64,000 bases of DNA from Escherichia coli (GTDB taxonomy: Bacteria > Pseudomonadota > Gammaproteobacteria > Enterobacterales > Enterobacteriaceae): the NCBI RefSeq assembly GCF_044324875.1, contig NZ_CP172185.1. One strand, 5' to 3'. The notes beneath the pieces are model-generated. The model was given only the letters and a program-made list of their open reading frames with translations, was not told the DNA's origin and did no database searches. The translations under genes and the position numbers were made by a program. Below are positions 20,916 to 31,605 of the stretch, one piece after another. Positions within the stretch are counted from its first letter, which is position 1. Each line of letters begins with the position of its first letter.

Positions 20916-21230
20916 AATTTCTCTACAGGACGATAAAACCGCCGTAGAGTACCGGAAAGGCTGTTTTTTCGCATTATCTAAAACGACTTTGTTGCGCAAA
21001 ATCGCTGATTTATCTTATTGATGGGCAATATTCATTTGTTTTTCATTGGGTTGGTTAATCTATTTTGTTGTTAAAGACTATTGCTAAAACAGGTTAGTCG
21101 ATTTGGTTATTAGTTATCGCTATCCCGTCTTTAATCCACACCGTTCACCCCGTTAACCTTACCTTCTCTTCTGTTTTATGGGCGCTGACAGGGCGCAGAA
21201 ACAGCTTTGCTTACTGGAACATAACGACGC

Positions 21231-23030
21231 ATGACGACACAGGTCCCACCTTCCGCGTTGCTTCCGTTGAACCCGGAGCAACTGGCACGCCTTCAGGCGG
21301 CCACGACCGATTTAACTCCCACCCAGCTTGCCTGGGTTTCTGGCTATTTCTGGGGCGTGCTCAACCAGCAGCCAGCTGCGCTTGCAGCGACGCCAGCGCC
21401 CGCCGCAGAAATGCCGGATATAACTATTATCTCCGCTTCGCAAACCGGCAATGCGCGCCGGGTTGCTGAAGCATTACGCGATGATTTATTGGCGGCAAAA
21501 CTGAACGTTAAGCTGGTGAACGCGGGCGACTATAAATTCAAACAAATCGCCAGCGAAAAACTGCTTATCGTGGTGACGTCAACGCAAGGGGAAGGGGAAC
21601 CGCCGGAAGAAGCCGTCGCGCTGCATAAGTTCCTGTTCTCCAAAAAAGCGCCAAAGCTGGAAAACACTGCATTTGCCGTGTTTAGCCTCGGCGATAGCTC
21701 TTATGAATTTTTCTGCCAGTCCGGGAAAGATTTTGACAGCAAGCTGGCGGAACTGGGCGGTGAACGCCTGCTCGACCGTGTCGATGCCGACGTTGAATAC
21801 CAGGCTGCTGCCATCGAGTGGCGCGCCCGCGTGGTTGATATTCTGAAGTCCCGTGCGCCTGTCGCGGCACCTTCGCAATCCGTCGCTACTGGCGCGGTAA
21901 ATGAAATCCACACCAGCCCGTACAGCAAAGACGCGCCGCTGGTGGCGAGCCTCTCTGTTAACCAGAAAATTACCGGGCGTAACTCTGAAAAAGACGTTCG
22001 CCATATCGAAATTGACTTAGGTGACTCGGGCCTGCGTTACCAGCCGGGTGACGCGCTGGGCGTCTGGTATCAGAACGATCCGGCACTGGTGAAAGAACTT
22101 GTCGAACTGCTGTGGCTGAAAGGCGATGAAACTGTCACCGTTGACGGCAAAACGCTGACCCTGAGCGAAGCGCTCCAGTGGCACTTTGAACTCACCGTCA
22201 ACACCGCGAATATTGTTGAGAACTACGCCACGCTTACCCGCAGCGAAACGCTGCTGCCGCTGGTGGGCGATAAAGCGAAGTTACAGCATTACGCCGCGAC
22301 CACGCCGATTGTTGACATGGTGCGTTTCTCTCCGGCGCAACTGGATGCCGAAGCGCTGATTAACCTGTTGCGCCCGCTGACCCCGCGCCTGTATTCCATC
22401 GCCTCCTCGCAGGCGGAAGTCGAGAACGAAGTGCACGTTACCGTTGGTGTGGTGCGTTACGACGTGGAAGGCCGCGCCCGTGCCGGTGGTGCCTCCAGCT
22501 TCCTCGCGGATCGTGTGGAAGAAGAGGGTGAAGTCCGCGTCTTTATCGAACATAACGACAACTTCCGCCTGCCCGCTAACCCGGAAACCCCGGTGATCAT
22601 GATTGGCCCTGGCACCGGCATCGCGCCGTTCCGTGCCTTTATGCAGCAGCGTGCTGCCGACGAAGCGCCGGGTAAAAACTGGCTATTCTTTGGCAACCCA
22701 CACTTTACGGAAGATTTCCTCTACCAGGTGGAGTGGCAGCGCTACGTGAAAGAAGGCGTATTGAGCCGCATCGATCTTGCCTGGTCGCGCGACCAAAAAG
22801 AAAAAGTTTATGTACAAGACAAACTGCGCGAACAGGGCGCGGAGCTGTGGCGCTGGATCAATGACGGTGCCCACATTTATGTCTGCGGCGACGCTAATCG
22901 CATGGCGAAAGACGTTGAGCAGGCACTTCTGGAAGTGATTGCCGAATTTGGTGGCATGGACACCGAAGCGGCGGATGAATTTTTAAGTGAGCTGCGCGTA
23001 GAGCGCCGTTATCAGCGAGATGTCTACTAA
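21231..23030 (+). CDS. cysJ: Sulfite reductase [NADPH] flavoprotein alpha subunit
   Basis: 599 aa; flavodoxin + FAD/NADPH reductase domains. Confidence 0.96.
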   Translation: MTTQVPPSALLPLNPEQLARLQAATTDLTPTQLAWVSGYFWGVLNQQPAALAATPAPAAEMPDITIISASQTGNARRVAEALRDDLLAAKLNVKLVNAGDYKFKQIASEKLLIVVTSTQGEGEPPEEAVALHKFLFSKKAPKLENTAFAVFSLGDSSYEFFCQSGKDFDSKLAELGGERLLDRVDADVEYQAAAIEWRARVVDILKSRAPVAAPSQSVATGAVNEIHTSPYSKDAPLVASLSVNQKITGRNSEKDVRHIEIDLGDSGLRYQPGDALGVWYQNDPALVKELVELLWLKGDETVTVDGKTLTLSEALQWHFELTVNTANIVENYATLTRSETLLPLVGDKAKLQHYAATTPIVDMVRFSPAQLDAEALINLLRPLTPRLYSIASSQAEVENEVHVTVGVVRYDVEGRARAGGASSFLADRVEEEGEVRVFIEHNDNFRLPANPETPVIMIGPGTGIAPFRAFMQQRAADEAPGKNWLFFGNPHFTEDFLYQVEWQRYVKEGVLSRIDLAWSRDQKEKVYVQDKLREQGAELWRWINDGAHIYVCGDANRMAKDVEQALLEVIAEFGGMDTEAADEFLSELRVERRYQRDVY

Positions 23031-24742
23031 TGAGCGAAAAACATCCAGGGCCTTTAGTGGTCGAAGGAAAACTGACAGACGCCGAGCGCATGAAGCTTGA
23101 AAGCAACTACCTGCGCGGCACCATTGCGGAAGATTTAAACGACGGTCTGACCGGTGGTTTTAAGGGCGACAACTTCCTGCTGATCCGCTTCCACGGCATG
23201 TATCAGCAGGATGACCGCGACATCCGCGCTGAACGTGCTGAACAGAAGCTGGAGCCGCGTCATGCGATGCTGCTGCGCTGTCGTCTGCCGGGTGGGGTGA
23301 TTACCACCAAACAGTGGCAGGCGATCGATAAATTTGCCGGTGAAAACACCATTTATGGCAGCATTCGCCTGACCAACCGCCAGACGTTCCAGTTCCATGG
23401 CATTCTGAAAAAGAACGTCAAACCGGTGCACCAGATGCTGCACTCAGTCGGTCTTGATGCGCTGGCGACCGCCAACGACATGAACCGTAACGTACTCTGT
23501 ACCTCGAACCCTTACGAGTCGCAGCTGCACGCGGAATCCTATGAATGGGCGAAGAAAATATCTGAACATCTGCTGCCGCGTACCCGCGCGTATGCGGAGA
23601 TCTGGCTCGATCAGGAAAAAGTCGCCACCACCGATGAAGAACCGATCCTCGGTCAGACTTATTTGCCGCGTAAATTCAAAACCACGGTAGTGATCCCGCC
23701 GCAGAACGATATCGATCTGCACGCCAACGACATGAACTTCGTGGCGATCGCCGAAAACGGCAAGCTGGTGGGCTTTAACCTGCTGGTGGGCGGTGGGCTT
23801 TCCATCGAGCACGGCAACAAGAAAACCTACGCCCGCACGGCGAGTGAGTTTGGTTATCTGCCGCTGGAGCATACGCTGGCGGTGGCAGAAGCCGTCGTGA
23901 CGACTCAGCGCGACTGGGGTAACCGTACCGATCGTAAAAATGCCAAAACCAAATACACGCTGGAGCGCGTGGGGGTTGAGACGTTTAAAGCGGAAGTGGA
24001 GCGTCGCGCGGGGATCAAATTTGAACCGATCCGTCCGTATGAGTTTACCGGACGCGGCGATCGTATTGGTTGGGTTAAGGGCATTGATGATAACTGGCAC
24101 CTGACGCTGTTTATCGAAAATGGTCGCATCCTTGATTATCCGGGGCGTCCGCTGAAAACTGGCCTGCTGGAGATCGCGAAGATCCACAAAGGTGATTTCC
24201 GCATTACGGCGAACCAGAATCTGATCATCGCCGGTGTGCCGGAAAGCGAGAAAGCGAAGATCGAGAAGATCGCCAAAGAGAGCGGGTTAATGAATGCCGT
24301 CACGCCGCAGCGTGAAAACTCAATGGCCTGCGTGTCATTCCCGACTTGCCCGCTGGCGATGGCCGAAGCCGAGCGTTTCCTGCCGTCTTTTATCGACAAC
24401 ATCGATAATTTAATGGCGAAACATGGTGTCAGCGATGAGCATATCGTGATGCGTGTAACAGGCTGCCCGAACGGTTGTGGTCGCGCGATGCTGGCGGAAG
24501 TGGGCCTGGTGGGTAAAGCGCCGGGTCGCTACAACCTGCATCTTGGCGGCAACCGCATTGGGACACGTATCCCACGGATGTATAAAGAAAACATCACCGA
24601 GCCGGAAATCCTGGCGTCGCTTGATGAACTGATAGGGCGCTGGGCGAAAGAGCGCGAAGCGGGTGAAGGCTTCGGCGACTTTACGGTGCGTGCGGGCATC
24701 ATTCGCCCGGTGCTCGATCCGGCGCGCGATTTGTGGGATTAA
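23030..24742 (+). CDS. cysI: Sulfite reductase [NADPH] hemoprotein beta subunit
   Basis: 570 aa; siroheme/4Fe-4S Cys cluster ([20 protein letters not shown]); start overlaps cysJ stop. Confidence 0.96.
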   Translation: MSEKHPGPLVVEGKLTDAERMKLESNYLRGTIAEDLNDGLTGGFKGDNFLLIRFHGMYQQDDRDIRAERAEQKLEPRHAMLLRCRLPGGVITTKQWQAIDKFAGENTIYGSIRLTNRQTFQFHGILKKNVKPVHQMLHSVGLDALATANDMNRNVLCTSNPYESQLHAESYEWAKKISEHLLPRTRAYAEIWLDQEKVATTDEEPILGQTYLPRKFKTTVVIPPQNDIDLHANDMNFVAIAENGKLVGFNLLVGGGLSIEHGNKKTYARTASEFGYLPLEHTLAVAEAVVTTQRDWGNRTDRKNAKTKYTLERVGVETFKAEVERRAGIKFEPIRPYEFTGRGDRIGWVKGIDDNWHLTLFIENGRILDYPGRPLKTGLLEIAKIHKGDFRITANQNLIIAGVPESEKAKIEKIAKESGLMNAVTPQRENSMACVSFPTCPLAMAEAERFLPSFIDNIDNLMAKHGVSDEHIVMRVTGCPNGCGRAMLAEVGLVGKAPGRYNLHLGGNRIGTRIPRMYKENITEPEILASLDELIGRWAKEREAGEGFGDFTVRAGIIRPVLDPARDLWD

Positions 24743-24759
24743 CCATCAGCCCGGTCTTG

Positions 24760-24795
24760 TAGGCCTGATAAGACGCGTGAGCGTCGCATCAGGCA
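24760..24795. repeat. REP element (GCCTGATAAGACGCG..CGTCGCATCAGGC) between cysI and cysH
   Basis: Inverted repeat read directly. Confidence 0.6.
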
Positions 24796-24815
24796 AGGCA
24801 AACAGTGAGGAATCT

Positions 24816-25550
24816 ATGTCCAAACTCGATCTAAACGCCCTGAACGAACTGCCGAAGGTAGATCGCATTCTGGCGCTGGCAGAAACTAACGCCGAACTGG
24901 AAAAACTGGATGCTGAAGGCCGCGTTGCCTGGGCGCTGGATAATCTGCCCGGTGAATATGTACTTTCTTCCAGTTTCGGCATTCAGGCGGCGGTGAGCCT
25001 GCATCTGGTGAATCAGATTCACCCGGATATCCCGGTGATCCTGACCGATACGGGTTATCTGTTCCCGGAAACCTACCGCTTTATTGACGAGTTAACGGAC
25101 AAACTCAAGCTCAACCTGAAAGTGTACCGCGCTACCGAAAGCGCCGCCTGGCAGGAAGCGCGCTACGGCAAACTGTGGGAGCAGGGTGTTGAAGGCATTG
25201 AAAAGTACAATGACATCAACAAAGTCGAACCGATGAACCGGGCGCTGAAAGAACTGAATGCGCAAACGTGGTTTGCTGGCCTGCGCCGCGAACAATCCGG
25301 CAGTCGCGCCAATTTACCGGTGCTGGCAATTCAGCGTGGCGTATTTAAAGTGCTGCCGATTATCGACTGGGATAACCGAACGATATATCAGTATCTGCAA
25401 AAACATGGCCTGAAATATCATCCATTATGGGACGAAGGATATTTATCCGTCGGTGATACCCATACAACCCGTAAATGGGAACCCGGCATGGCGGAAGAAG
25501 AAACGCGTTTCTTTGGCTTAAAAAGGGAATGTGGGCTGCACGAAGGGTAA
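24816..25550 (+). CDS. cysH: Phosphoadenosine phosphosulfate (PAPS) reductase
   Basis: ORF 24663..25550; start set at ATG 24816 ([11 protein letters not shown]) after GAGG; 244 aa; C-terminal ECGLH motif. Confidence 0.95.
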   Translation: MSKLDLNALNELPKVDRILALAETNAELEKLDAEGRVAWALDNLPGEYVLSSSFGIQAAVSLHLVNQIHPDIPVILTDTGYLFPETYRFIDELTDKLKLNLKVYRATESAAWQEARYGKLWEQGVEGIEKYNDINKVEPMNRALKELNAQTWFAGLRREQSGSRANLPVLAIQRGVFKVLPIIDWDNRTIYQYLQKHGLKYHPLWDEGYLSVGDTHTTRKWEPGMAEEETRFFGLKRECGLHEG

Positions 25551-25815
25551 AATATCGTACCGCTTAATAAACGTCTCTGTCTGAAAAGATGGGGGCGTTT
25601 TTATTTTGCGAGCAGCATTCCTGATTTTAAACGTGAACGCCGCTGGAAGAATTATCAAGTATAGAATGGCGTTGGGTGCTTGAGGCTGTCTGGCGTTAAG
25701 CATTCGCGAGGTTCCAGATGGACAAAAGCCCCAGGCGATATTTCTATCAACCTGAGGCCAGCGTTCGAACCTAAGCAATTCGAATGTTAGTCTCTTCTTT
25801 GCAGGGAGGCAAGAC

Positions 25816-25968
25816 ATGCTGACAAAATATGCCCTTGTGGCAATCATCGTACTGTGTTGTACAGTACTGGGATTCACGCTGATGGTAGGCGACTCGTTGT
25901 GTGAGTTGAGTATCAGAGAACGTGGTATGGAGTTTAAGGCAGTTCTCGCTTACGAATCGAAGAAGTAG
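25816..25968 (+). CDS. Hok/Gef-family type I toxin (50 aa)
   Basis: Not in ORF track (<60 aa). ATG 25816 preceded by GGGAGG; product [50 protein letters not shown] has the Hok architecture (single TM then DSLCEL..); followed by ACGCGGGG-loop-CCCCGCGT hairpin (25974..25995). Confidence 0.75.
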   Translation: MLTKYALVAIIVLCCTVLGFTLMVGDSLCELSIRERGMEFKAVLAYESKK

Positions 25969-26319
25969 CCACCACGCGGGGGTAAAACCCCGCGTATTGA
26001 ATTGTGATGGTTTGGTCTCCTGCACCCTTTTTTAATTTATATTGTTTATGTGAATATTATGCCTATGTTTATTATTCATATATATTACGGATGAAAATTA
26101 TTTGATTATTCATAATGTGCAAAATGGCATCTGAATCGATCGCAGTTTGGCATTCGAATCGATCATGATTTGGCATCCATCTCCGATCACAGTTTGGCAT
26201 CACAATCGATCACGATTTGGCATGCTTCCGATCATTGATTGGCATCCTGCCAGTCACTCCGGGAATTAACTCTTTTCACCACAGTCTCCATTGCCGTGTT
26301 TAAACCAGTGGAGACGTCA

Positions 26320-27885
26320 ATGTCCAGAAAGAGAAAATCCAGGAGCACTATGGAAACCTGTTTTAAGATCCTTCAGCTCAAGTTCGACAAGAAGCTGACT
26401 AACCGTTGTATCGGACTGACGTTACACATCAGCGCCTCAACCGTTTTTGAGGTTCTTGCCCGCTTCAAAGCCTCTTCTCTGTCATGGCCATTACCTGCTG
26501 ATATATCCCATGACACGCTGGAGAAACTCATTTTTCCGCCCAAAGACACCTTTGCATCAGAGCTTGTAATGCCTGACATGTTGTACTTCGATACGGAAAT
26601 GAGAAAACCAGGTGTGACGCGGCAACTGTTGTGGATGGAATACAAGGCACAGGCGGGTAACAAAGCGATGGGATACTCGCACTTCTGCCGTTGCTACCGG
26701 GAGTGGAAAAAAACGCGACGTCTCTCCATGCGCCAGGAGCATCGTGCCGGCGAAAAGCTTTTTATCGACTTCTGTGGTCCTACGGTTCCTGTTATTAATC
26801 CGGACACCGGTGAGATACGCCGCGTGGCAATCTTCGTGGCCGTAATGGGGGCGTCCAACTATACCTACGTTGAAGCGTGCGAAGGTCAGGACATGATGTC
26901 ATGGTTAAATGCCCACAGCCGTTGCCTGACCTTCCTGGGCGGCGTACCGAAGCTGCTCATCCCCGATAACCTCAGAAGCGCAGTGAAAAAGGCCGATCGA
27001 TATGAGCCTGTCATCAACGACAGTTATCAGGCACTGGCTGAGCACTATGGCACGGTTATCATCCCGGCCCGACCACGCAAACCTAAAGATAAACCAAAAG
27101 CAGAAAACGGCGTCCTCATCGTTGAACGATGGCTTCTTGCCCGCATCCGTAATGAAACCTTCCACACGCTCAGGGCGCTGAATGCGCGCCTTAGGGAGTT
27201 ACTGACAGACATGAATAACCGGCCAATGAAGGGGTACGGCAATCAAACCCGTGCAGAACGCTTCCGCATACTGGATGCGCCAGCACTCTCTCCGCTGCCT
27301 CTGGCACCTTATGAATACACGGAATACAAAGCTGTGAAGGTTGGCCCTGACTACCACGTTGAATATGCCCGTCACTGGTACTCCGTTCCACACGAACTGG
27401 TCGGTCAGCGTCTGTCACTGAAGGCGGGGCAGTCGGTGGTACAGCTCTGGCACAAGGGGCAGTGTGTGGCGCAACATCCGCGCAGCACACATGAATATAA
27501 ACACACAACCAATCCGCTTCACATGCCAGAGCGCCACCGGCAGCACGGGACATGGACACCGGAACGCCTGATCGAGCAGGGAAAACGTACGGGCCCGTCC
27601 ACAGGCCGGGTGGTTGAATCCATGCTGAAGGCAAAACCCCATCCGGAACTGGCTTATCGTGCAGTTCTGGGGCTGCTGGCACTTCAGAAAAAATACGGCC
27701 CGGAACGGCTGGAAAAGGCCTGTTACGTTGCCCTGCACTATAACGCCCCTGACAGACGCTTTATCGACAATCTGCTGCGTCACCATCGGGAGAACCTGGA
27801 GCTTCCATTATCCCGCCAGGGCGAACAACATCCGGCATATGCTTCAGAGCATGAAAACCTGCGTGGTCCGGGCTACTACCACTGA
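26320..27885 (+). CDS. istA: IS21-family transposase IstA
   Basis: ORF 26239..27885; start set at ATG 26320 (MSRKRK..); N-terminal HTH region and DDE-type core. Confidence 0.85.
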   Translation: MSRKRKSRSTMETCFKILQLKFDKKLTNRCIGLTLHISASTVFEVLARFKASSLSWPLPADISHDTLEKLIFPPKDTFASELVMPDMLYFDTEMRKPGVTRQLLWMEYKAQAGNKAMGYSHFCRCYREWKKTRRLSMRQEHRAGEKLFIDFCGPTVPVINPDTGEIRRVAIFVAVMGASNYTYVEACEGQDMMSWLNAHSRCLTFLGGVPKLLIPDNLRSAVKKADRYEPVINDSYQALAEHYGTVIIPARPRKPKDKPKAENGVLIVERWLLARIRNETFHTLRALNARLRELLTDMNNRPMKGYGNQTRAERFRILDAPALSPLPLAPYEYTEYKAVKVGPDYHVEYARHWYSVPHELVGQRLSLKAGQSVVQLWHKGQCVAQHPRSTHEYKHTTNPLHMPERHRQHGTWTPERLIEQGKRTGPSTGRVVESMLKAKPHPELAYRAVLGLLALQKKYGPERLEKACYVALHYNAPDRRFIDNLLRHHRENLELPLSRQGEQHPAYASEHENLRGPGYYH

Positions 27886-27901
27886 CAGAAGGAACAACAG
27901 T

Positions 27902-28657
27902 ATGAGTGATAACCTGTTAAACAAACTGACCCAACTGAAACTCCCGGCGATGGCCGGGAGCCTGATACGGCAGCGGGAAACGCCTCAGACCTACGACGAA
28001 CTGTCGTTCGAGGAAAGGCTGACGCTGCTGGTTGATGACGAGCTTCTGAGCAGGGAAAACAGCCGTGTGGCACGGTTGAGAAAAAATGCCGGCCTGAAAT
28101 ACCAGGCAACACCGGAAGGGCTGCGCTATCCGGCCTCAAGAGGTCTGCGGGCTGAACAGATGAGAGAACTGCTGAACGGCCACTACATAACCCACAGGAA
28201 AAACCTGCTGATAACCGGTCCGACAGGATGTGGCAAGAGCTGGATAGCCAATGCGCTGGGCGAACAGGCATGTCGACAGAAACACAGCGTCCGGTACTGT
28301 AGAACCGGGCGATTACTGGAACAACTGGCTCAGGGACGTGTTGATGGCAGCTGGCTGAAATATCTGAAACAGTTGCAAAAAATACAGGTTCTAATCCTGG
28401 ACGATCTGGGGCTGGAACAGTTAAGTAACGCCCAGTGTAATGACCTTCTGGAGCTCATAGAGGATCGTTACGGACAAAGCAGCACGATAGTGGTAAGCCA
28501 GTTCCCGGTAGATAAATGGCATGGTCTGATGGAGAACCCAACAACAGCAGATGCCATCCTGGACAGACTGGTACATAACTCACACCGAGTGGTCCTTCAG
28601 GGAGAGTCACTGAGGAAAAATCCCCCGGTAGTGGAAAGCAGCGAAAAAACGCGTTAA
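27902..28657 (+). CDS. istB: IS21-family ATP-binding helper protein IstB
   Basis: ORF 27659..28657; start set at ATG 27902 (MSDNLLNKLTQL); Walker A GPTGCGKS, Walker B ILDDLG. Confidence 0.88.
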   Translation: MSDNLLNKLTQLKLPAMAGSLIRQRETPQTYDELSFEERLTLLVDDELLSRENSRVARLRKNAGLKYQATPEGLRYPASRGLRAEQMRELLNGHYITHRKNLLITGPTGCGKSWIANALGEQACRQKHSVRYCRTGRLLEQLAQGRVDGSWLKYLKQLQKIQVLILDDLGLEQLSNAQCNDLLELIEDRYGQSSTIVVSQFPVDKWHGLMENPTTADAILDRLVHNSHRVVLQGESLRKNPPVVESSEKTR

Positions 28658-28808
28658 AAAGCGGTAGAAAAAGTTAAGTTCCCGGTTGATCGAATGGATG
28701 CGAATCGCTGATCGGACTTCGATGCCAATCCGTGATCGAATAGAGCGGAATACGCACATAATGTAAATATTTTATTGAACGATATATATCACAGATAATT
28801 TTTAATAT

Positions 28809-31508
28809 ATGCGTAAATATCCTTTAAGTTTACTGAAGGATAAAAATATTGTGACTTTTTTTGATTTCTGGGGAAAAACCCGACGCGGCGAGAAAGACGG
28901 GGGCGACGACTATCACCTTCTTTGCTGGCATTCGCTGGATGTAGCCGCGATGGGCTATTTAATGGTTAAAAGCAATTGCTTCGGGCTGACTGACTATTTT
29001 CGTCAACTAGGTTTCGCTGATACGGAGCAGGCAGCACAATTTTTCGCCTGGCTATTGTGCTGGCACGATACTGGAAAATTTGCCCGCTCTTTTCAGCAAC
29101 TTTACCTGCACCCACAACTCAAGGTTCCGGAAGGCGCAAGAAAGAATTACGAAAAGATCTCTCATTCAACGCTGGGCTACTGGCTGTGGCATCATTATTT
29201 AAGTGAATACGAAGAATTGCTTCCTTCATCTTCACTCTCTCCGCGCAAACTTAAACGGGTGATGGAGATGTGGATGCCCATAACTACCGGGCATCATGGT
29301 CGCCCGCCTGACCGTATTGATGAACTGGATAATTTTCTGCCTGAAGACAAAGCTGCCGCGCGAGATTTTCTTCTTGAAATCAAACCACTGTTTCCGCTCA
29401 TAGAGATCCCCGCATTCTGGGATGATGATGAGGGCATTGAACTTATAAAACACCTTTCCTGGTATATCTCTGCAACCGTCGTGCTCGCAGACTGGACGGG
29501 TTCGTCAACGCGATTTTTTCCACGCGTCGCACACCCAATGGATATTAAAGGTTACTGGCAGAAAACTTTAGTTCAGGCTCAAAACGCCTTAACCGTCTTT
29601 CCTCTAAAAGCAAAAGTCGCGCCTTTCACCGGAATTAATACGCTGTTTCCTTTTATTGAGAATCCGACACCGTTACAGCAAAAGGTGCTGGATCTGGATA
29701 TCAGCCAGCCAGGGCCACAGTTATTTATTCTGGAAGATGTGACTGGCGCAGGTAAAACGGAAGCGGCGCTTATCCTGGCGCACAGGTTGATGGCTGCGGG
29801 TAAAGCGCAGGGTTTGTTTTTTGGCCTGCCAACAATGGCAACGGCCAATGCCATGTACGATCGACTGGTCAAAACCTGGCTTGCTTTCTATTCGCCAGAG
29901 TCCCGCCCCAGCCTGGTGCTGGCACACAGTGCCCGAACATTAATGGACCGCTTTAATGAATCACTCTGGTCCGGTGATTTAGTCGGGTCAGAAGAACCGG
30001 ATGAACAAACGTTCAGTCAGGGATGTGCGGCCTGGTTTGCCGACAGTAACAAGAAGGCGCTACTGGCTGAAATTGGCGTCGGCACGCTGGATCAGGCGAT
30101 GATGGCTGTGATGCCGTTCAAACATAATAATCTGCGGCTTCTGGGACTGAGTAACAAAATCCTGCTGGCTGATGAGATCCATGCCTGTGACGCTTACATG
30201 TCATGCATTCTTGAAGGGCTGATCGAGCGGCAGGCGCGTGGCGGAAACAGCGTCATTTTGCTTTCTGCCACGTTATCTCAACAGCAGTGCGACAAACTCG
30301 TTGCTGCCTTTGCGCGTGGTACAGAGGGCCAGCAAGAAGCTCCGTTCCTGGAAAAGGATGATTACCCCTGGCTGACGCACGTTACGAAATCCGATGTGCA
30401 TTCACACCGGGTAGCGACGCGCAAAGACGTTGAGCGTAGCGTGAGCGTGGGTTGGCTTCATAGCGAACAAGAATGTATTGCGCGTATCGAATCGGCAGTA
30501 AGTCAGGGGAAATGCATCGCCTGGATCCGGAATTCTGTCGATGACGCTATTAAGGTTTATCGTCAGTTGCTTGCCCGCGGCGTCATTCCTGCTTCCAGCC
30601 TTTCTCTGTTTCATAGCCGCTTTGCTTTTAGCGATCGCCAGCGAATTGAAACGGAAACGCTGGCACGCTTCGGTAAAGAAGATAGCTCACAGCGTGCCGG
30701 AAAAGTCCTCATTTGTACTCAGGTCTTAGAGTCGAGCGTTGATTGCGATATGGACGAAATGATTTCCGACCTGGCCCCTGTTGATTTGCTGATCCAGCGA
30801 GCGGGGCGATTACAGCGGCATATCCGCGATATTAATGGTCAGTTAAAGCGTGACGGAAAAGACGAGCGTTCCCCTCCTGAATTGCTGATTCTGGCCCCCG
30901 TCTGGGACGACGCTCCAGGTGACGAATGGTTCGGCAGTGCCATGCGTAACAGTGCATATGTCTATCCCGATCATGGACGAATCTGGCTGACGCAGCGTGT
31001 ACTGCGTGAGCAAGGCGCTATTCAAATGCCACACGCAGCCCGCCTTCTTATTGAATCAGTCTACGGTGAGGACGTGGTAATGCCGGAAGGATTTGCCCGC
31101 AGCGAGCAGGAGCAAGTGGGCAAATATTACTGCGATCGCGCAATGGCTAAAAAGTTTGTGCTGAACTTCAGGCCTGGCTATGCCGCCAATATCAACGATT
31201 ACCTTCCGGAAAAGCTGTCGACACGTCTGGCGGAGGAGTCTGTTTCCCTGTGGCTGGCTACCTGTATTGCCAGTGTGGTGAAGCCTTATGCCAACGGTGC
31301 TCACGCATGGGAAATGAGCGTTGTCAGAGTGCGTCGAAGCTGGTGGAAAAAACATCGGGATGAGTTTTCTTTACTGGAAGGGGAAGCGTTCAGGCAGTGG
31401 TGCATTGAACAGCGGAAAGATCCGGAGATGGCAAACGTGATTTTAGTTACCGATGACGAAAGTTGCGGGTATTCGGCTATGGAAGGATTGACTGGCAAGG
31501 TTGGTTGA
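28809..31508 (+). CDS. cas3: Cas3 nuclease/helicase (type I-E)
   Basis: 899 aa; HD nuclease motifs (LLCWHSLDVAA, WHDTGKF), DEAH-type helicase (GAGKTEAA, LADEIHA); immediately precedes cse1. Confidence 0.93.
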   Translation: MRKYPLSLLKDKNIVTFFDFWGKTRRGEKDGGDDYHLLCWHSLDVAAMGYLMVKSNCFGLTDYFRQLGFADTEQAAQFFAWLLCWHDTGKFARSFQQLYLHPQLKVPEGARKNYEKISHSTLGYWLWHHYLSEYEELLPSSSLSPRKLKRVMEMWMPITTGHHGRPPDRIDELDNFLPEDKAAARDFLLEIKPLFPLIEIPAFWDDDEGIELIKHLSWYISATVVLADWTGSSTRFFPRVAHPMDIKGYWQKTLVQAQNALTVFPLKAKVAPFTGINTLFPFIENPTPLQQKVLDLDISQPGPQLFILEDVTGAGKTEAALILAHRLMAAGKAQGLFFGLPTMATANAMYDRLVKTWLAFYSPESRPSLVLAHSARTLMDRFNESLWSGDLVGSEEPDEQTFSQGCAAWFADSNKKALLAEIGVGTLDQAMMAVMPFKHNNLRLLGLSNKILLADEIHACDAYMSCILEGLIERQARGGNSVILLSATLSQQQCDKLVAAFARGTEGQQEAPFLEKDDYPWLTHVTKSDVHSHRVATRKDVERSVSVGWLHSEQECIARIESAVSQGKCIAWIRNSVDDAIKVYRQLLARGVIPASSLSLFHSRFAFSDRQRIETETLARFGKEDSSQRAGKVLICTQVLESSVDCDMDEMISDLAPVDLLIQRAGRLQRHIRDINGQLKRDGKDERSPPELLILAPVWDDAPGDEWFGSAMRNSAYVYPDHGRIWLTQRVLREQGAIQMPHAARLLIESVYGEDVVMPEGFARSEQEQVGKYYCDRAMAKKFVLNFRPGYAANINDYLPEKLSTRLAEESVSLWLATCIASVVKPYANGAHAWEMSVVRVRRSWWKKHRDEFSLLEGEAFRQWCIEQRKDPEMANVILVTDDESCGYSAMEGLTGKVG

Positions 31509-31605
31509 GATGCCTGCGACAGGGCTCTCTGAATAGTTGATACACCGAAAAGGATGGAATGATGGACAACCGACCTGGGATGGTCTTTTTTACGAGAGGA
31601 TGCGT

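Larger units (their letters stand above)
26111..28763 (+). mobile_element. IS21-family insertion sequence (istA + istB); ends approximate (+/- 6 bp)
   Basis: Left end CATAATGTGC.. followed by 5-6 direct copies of a ~23-bp TTTGGCAT..GATC repeat; right end ..GCACATAATG with inverted copies of the same repeat; two-gene istAB layout. Confidence 0.85.

Noticed and set aside
24663-24815. N-terminal extensions offered by the ORF track for cysH (24663), surE (45304), casE (35372), casA (31537), ygcW (12782), ygcS (15188), queD (20999), hypA (63182), hypC (61980), fhlA (59515)
   Set aside because: Each has an internal start with a better RBS and a product length matching the family; the extensions overlap upstream genes or non-coding repeats
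25551-25640. Terminator after cysH (AAACGTCTC..GGGGGCGTTTTTATTTT)
   Set aside because: T-run is present but the upstream inverted repeat is imperfect; not confident enough to annotate
26106-26120. Target-site duplication flanking the IS21-family element
   Set aside because: Flanks read cataa / taatg around a TGTGC..GCACA element; no identical 4-8 bp direct repeat could be found, so exact ends and TSD remain undetermined
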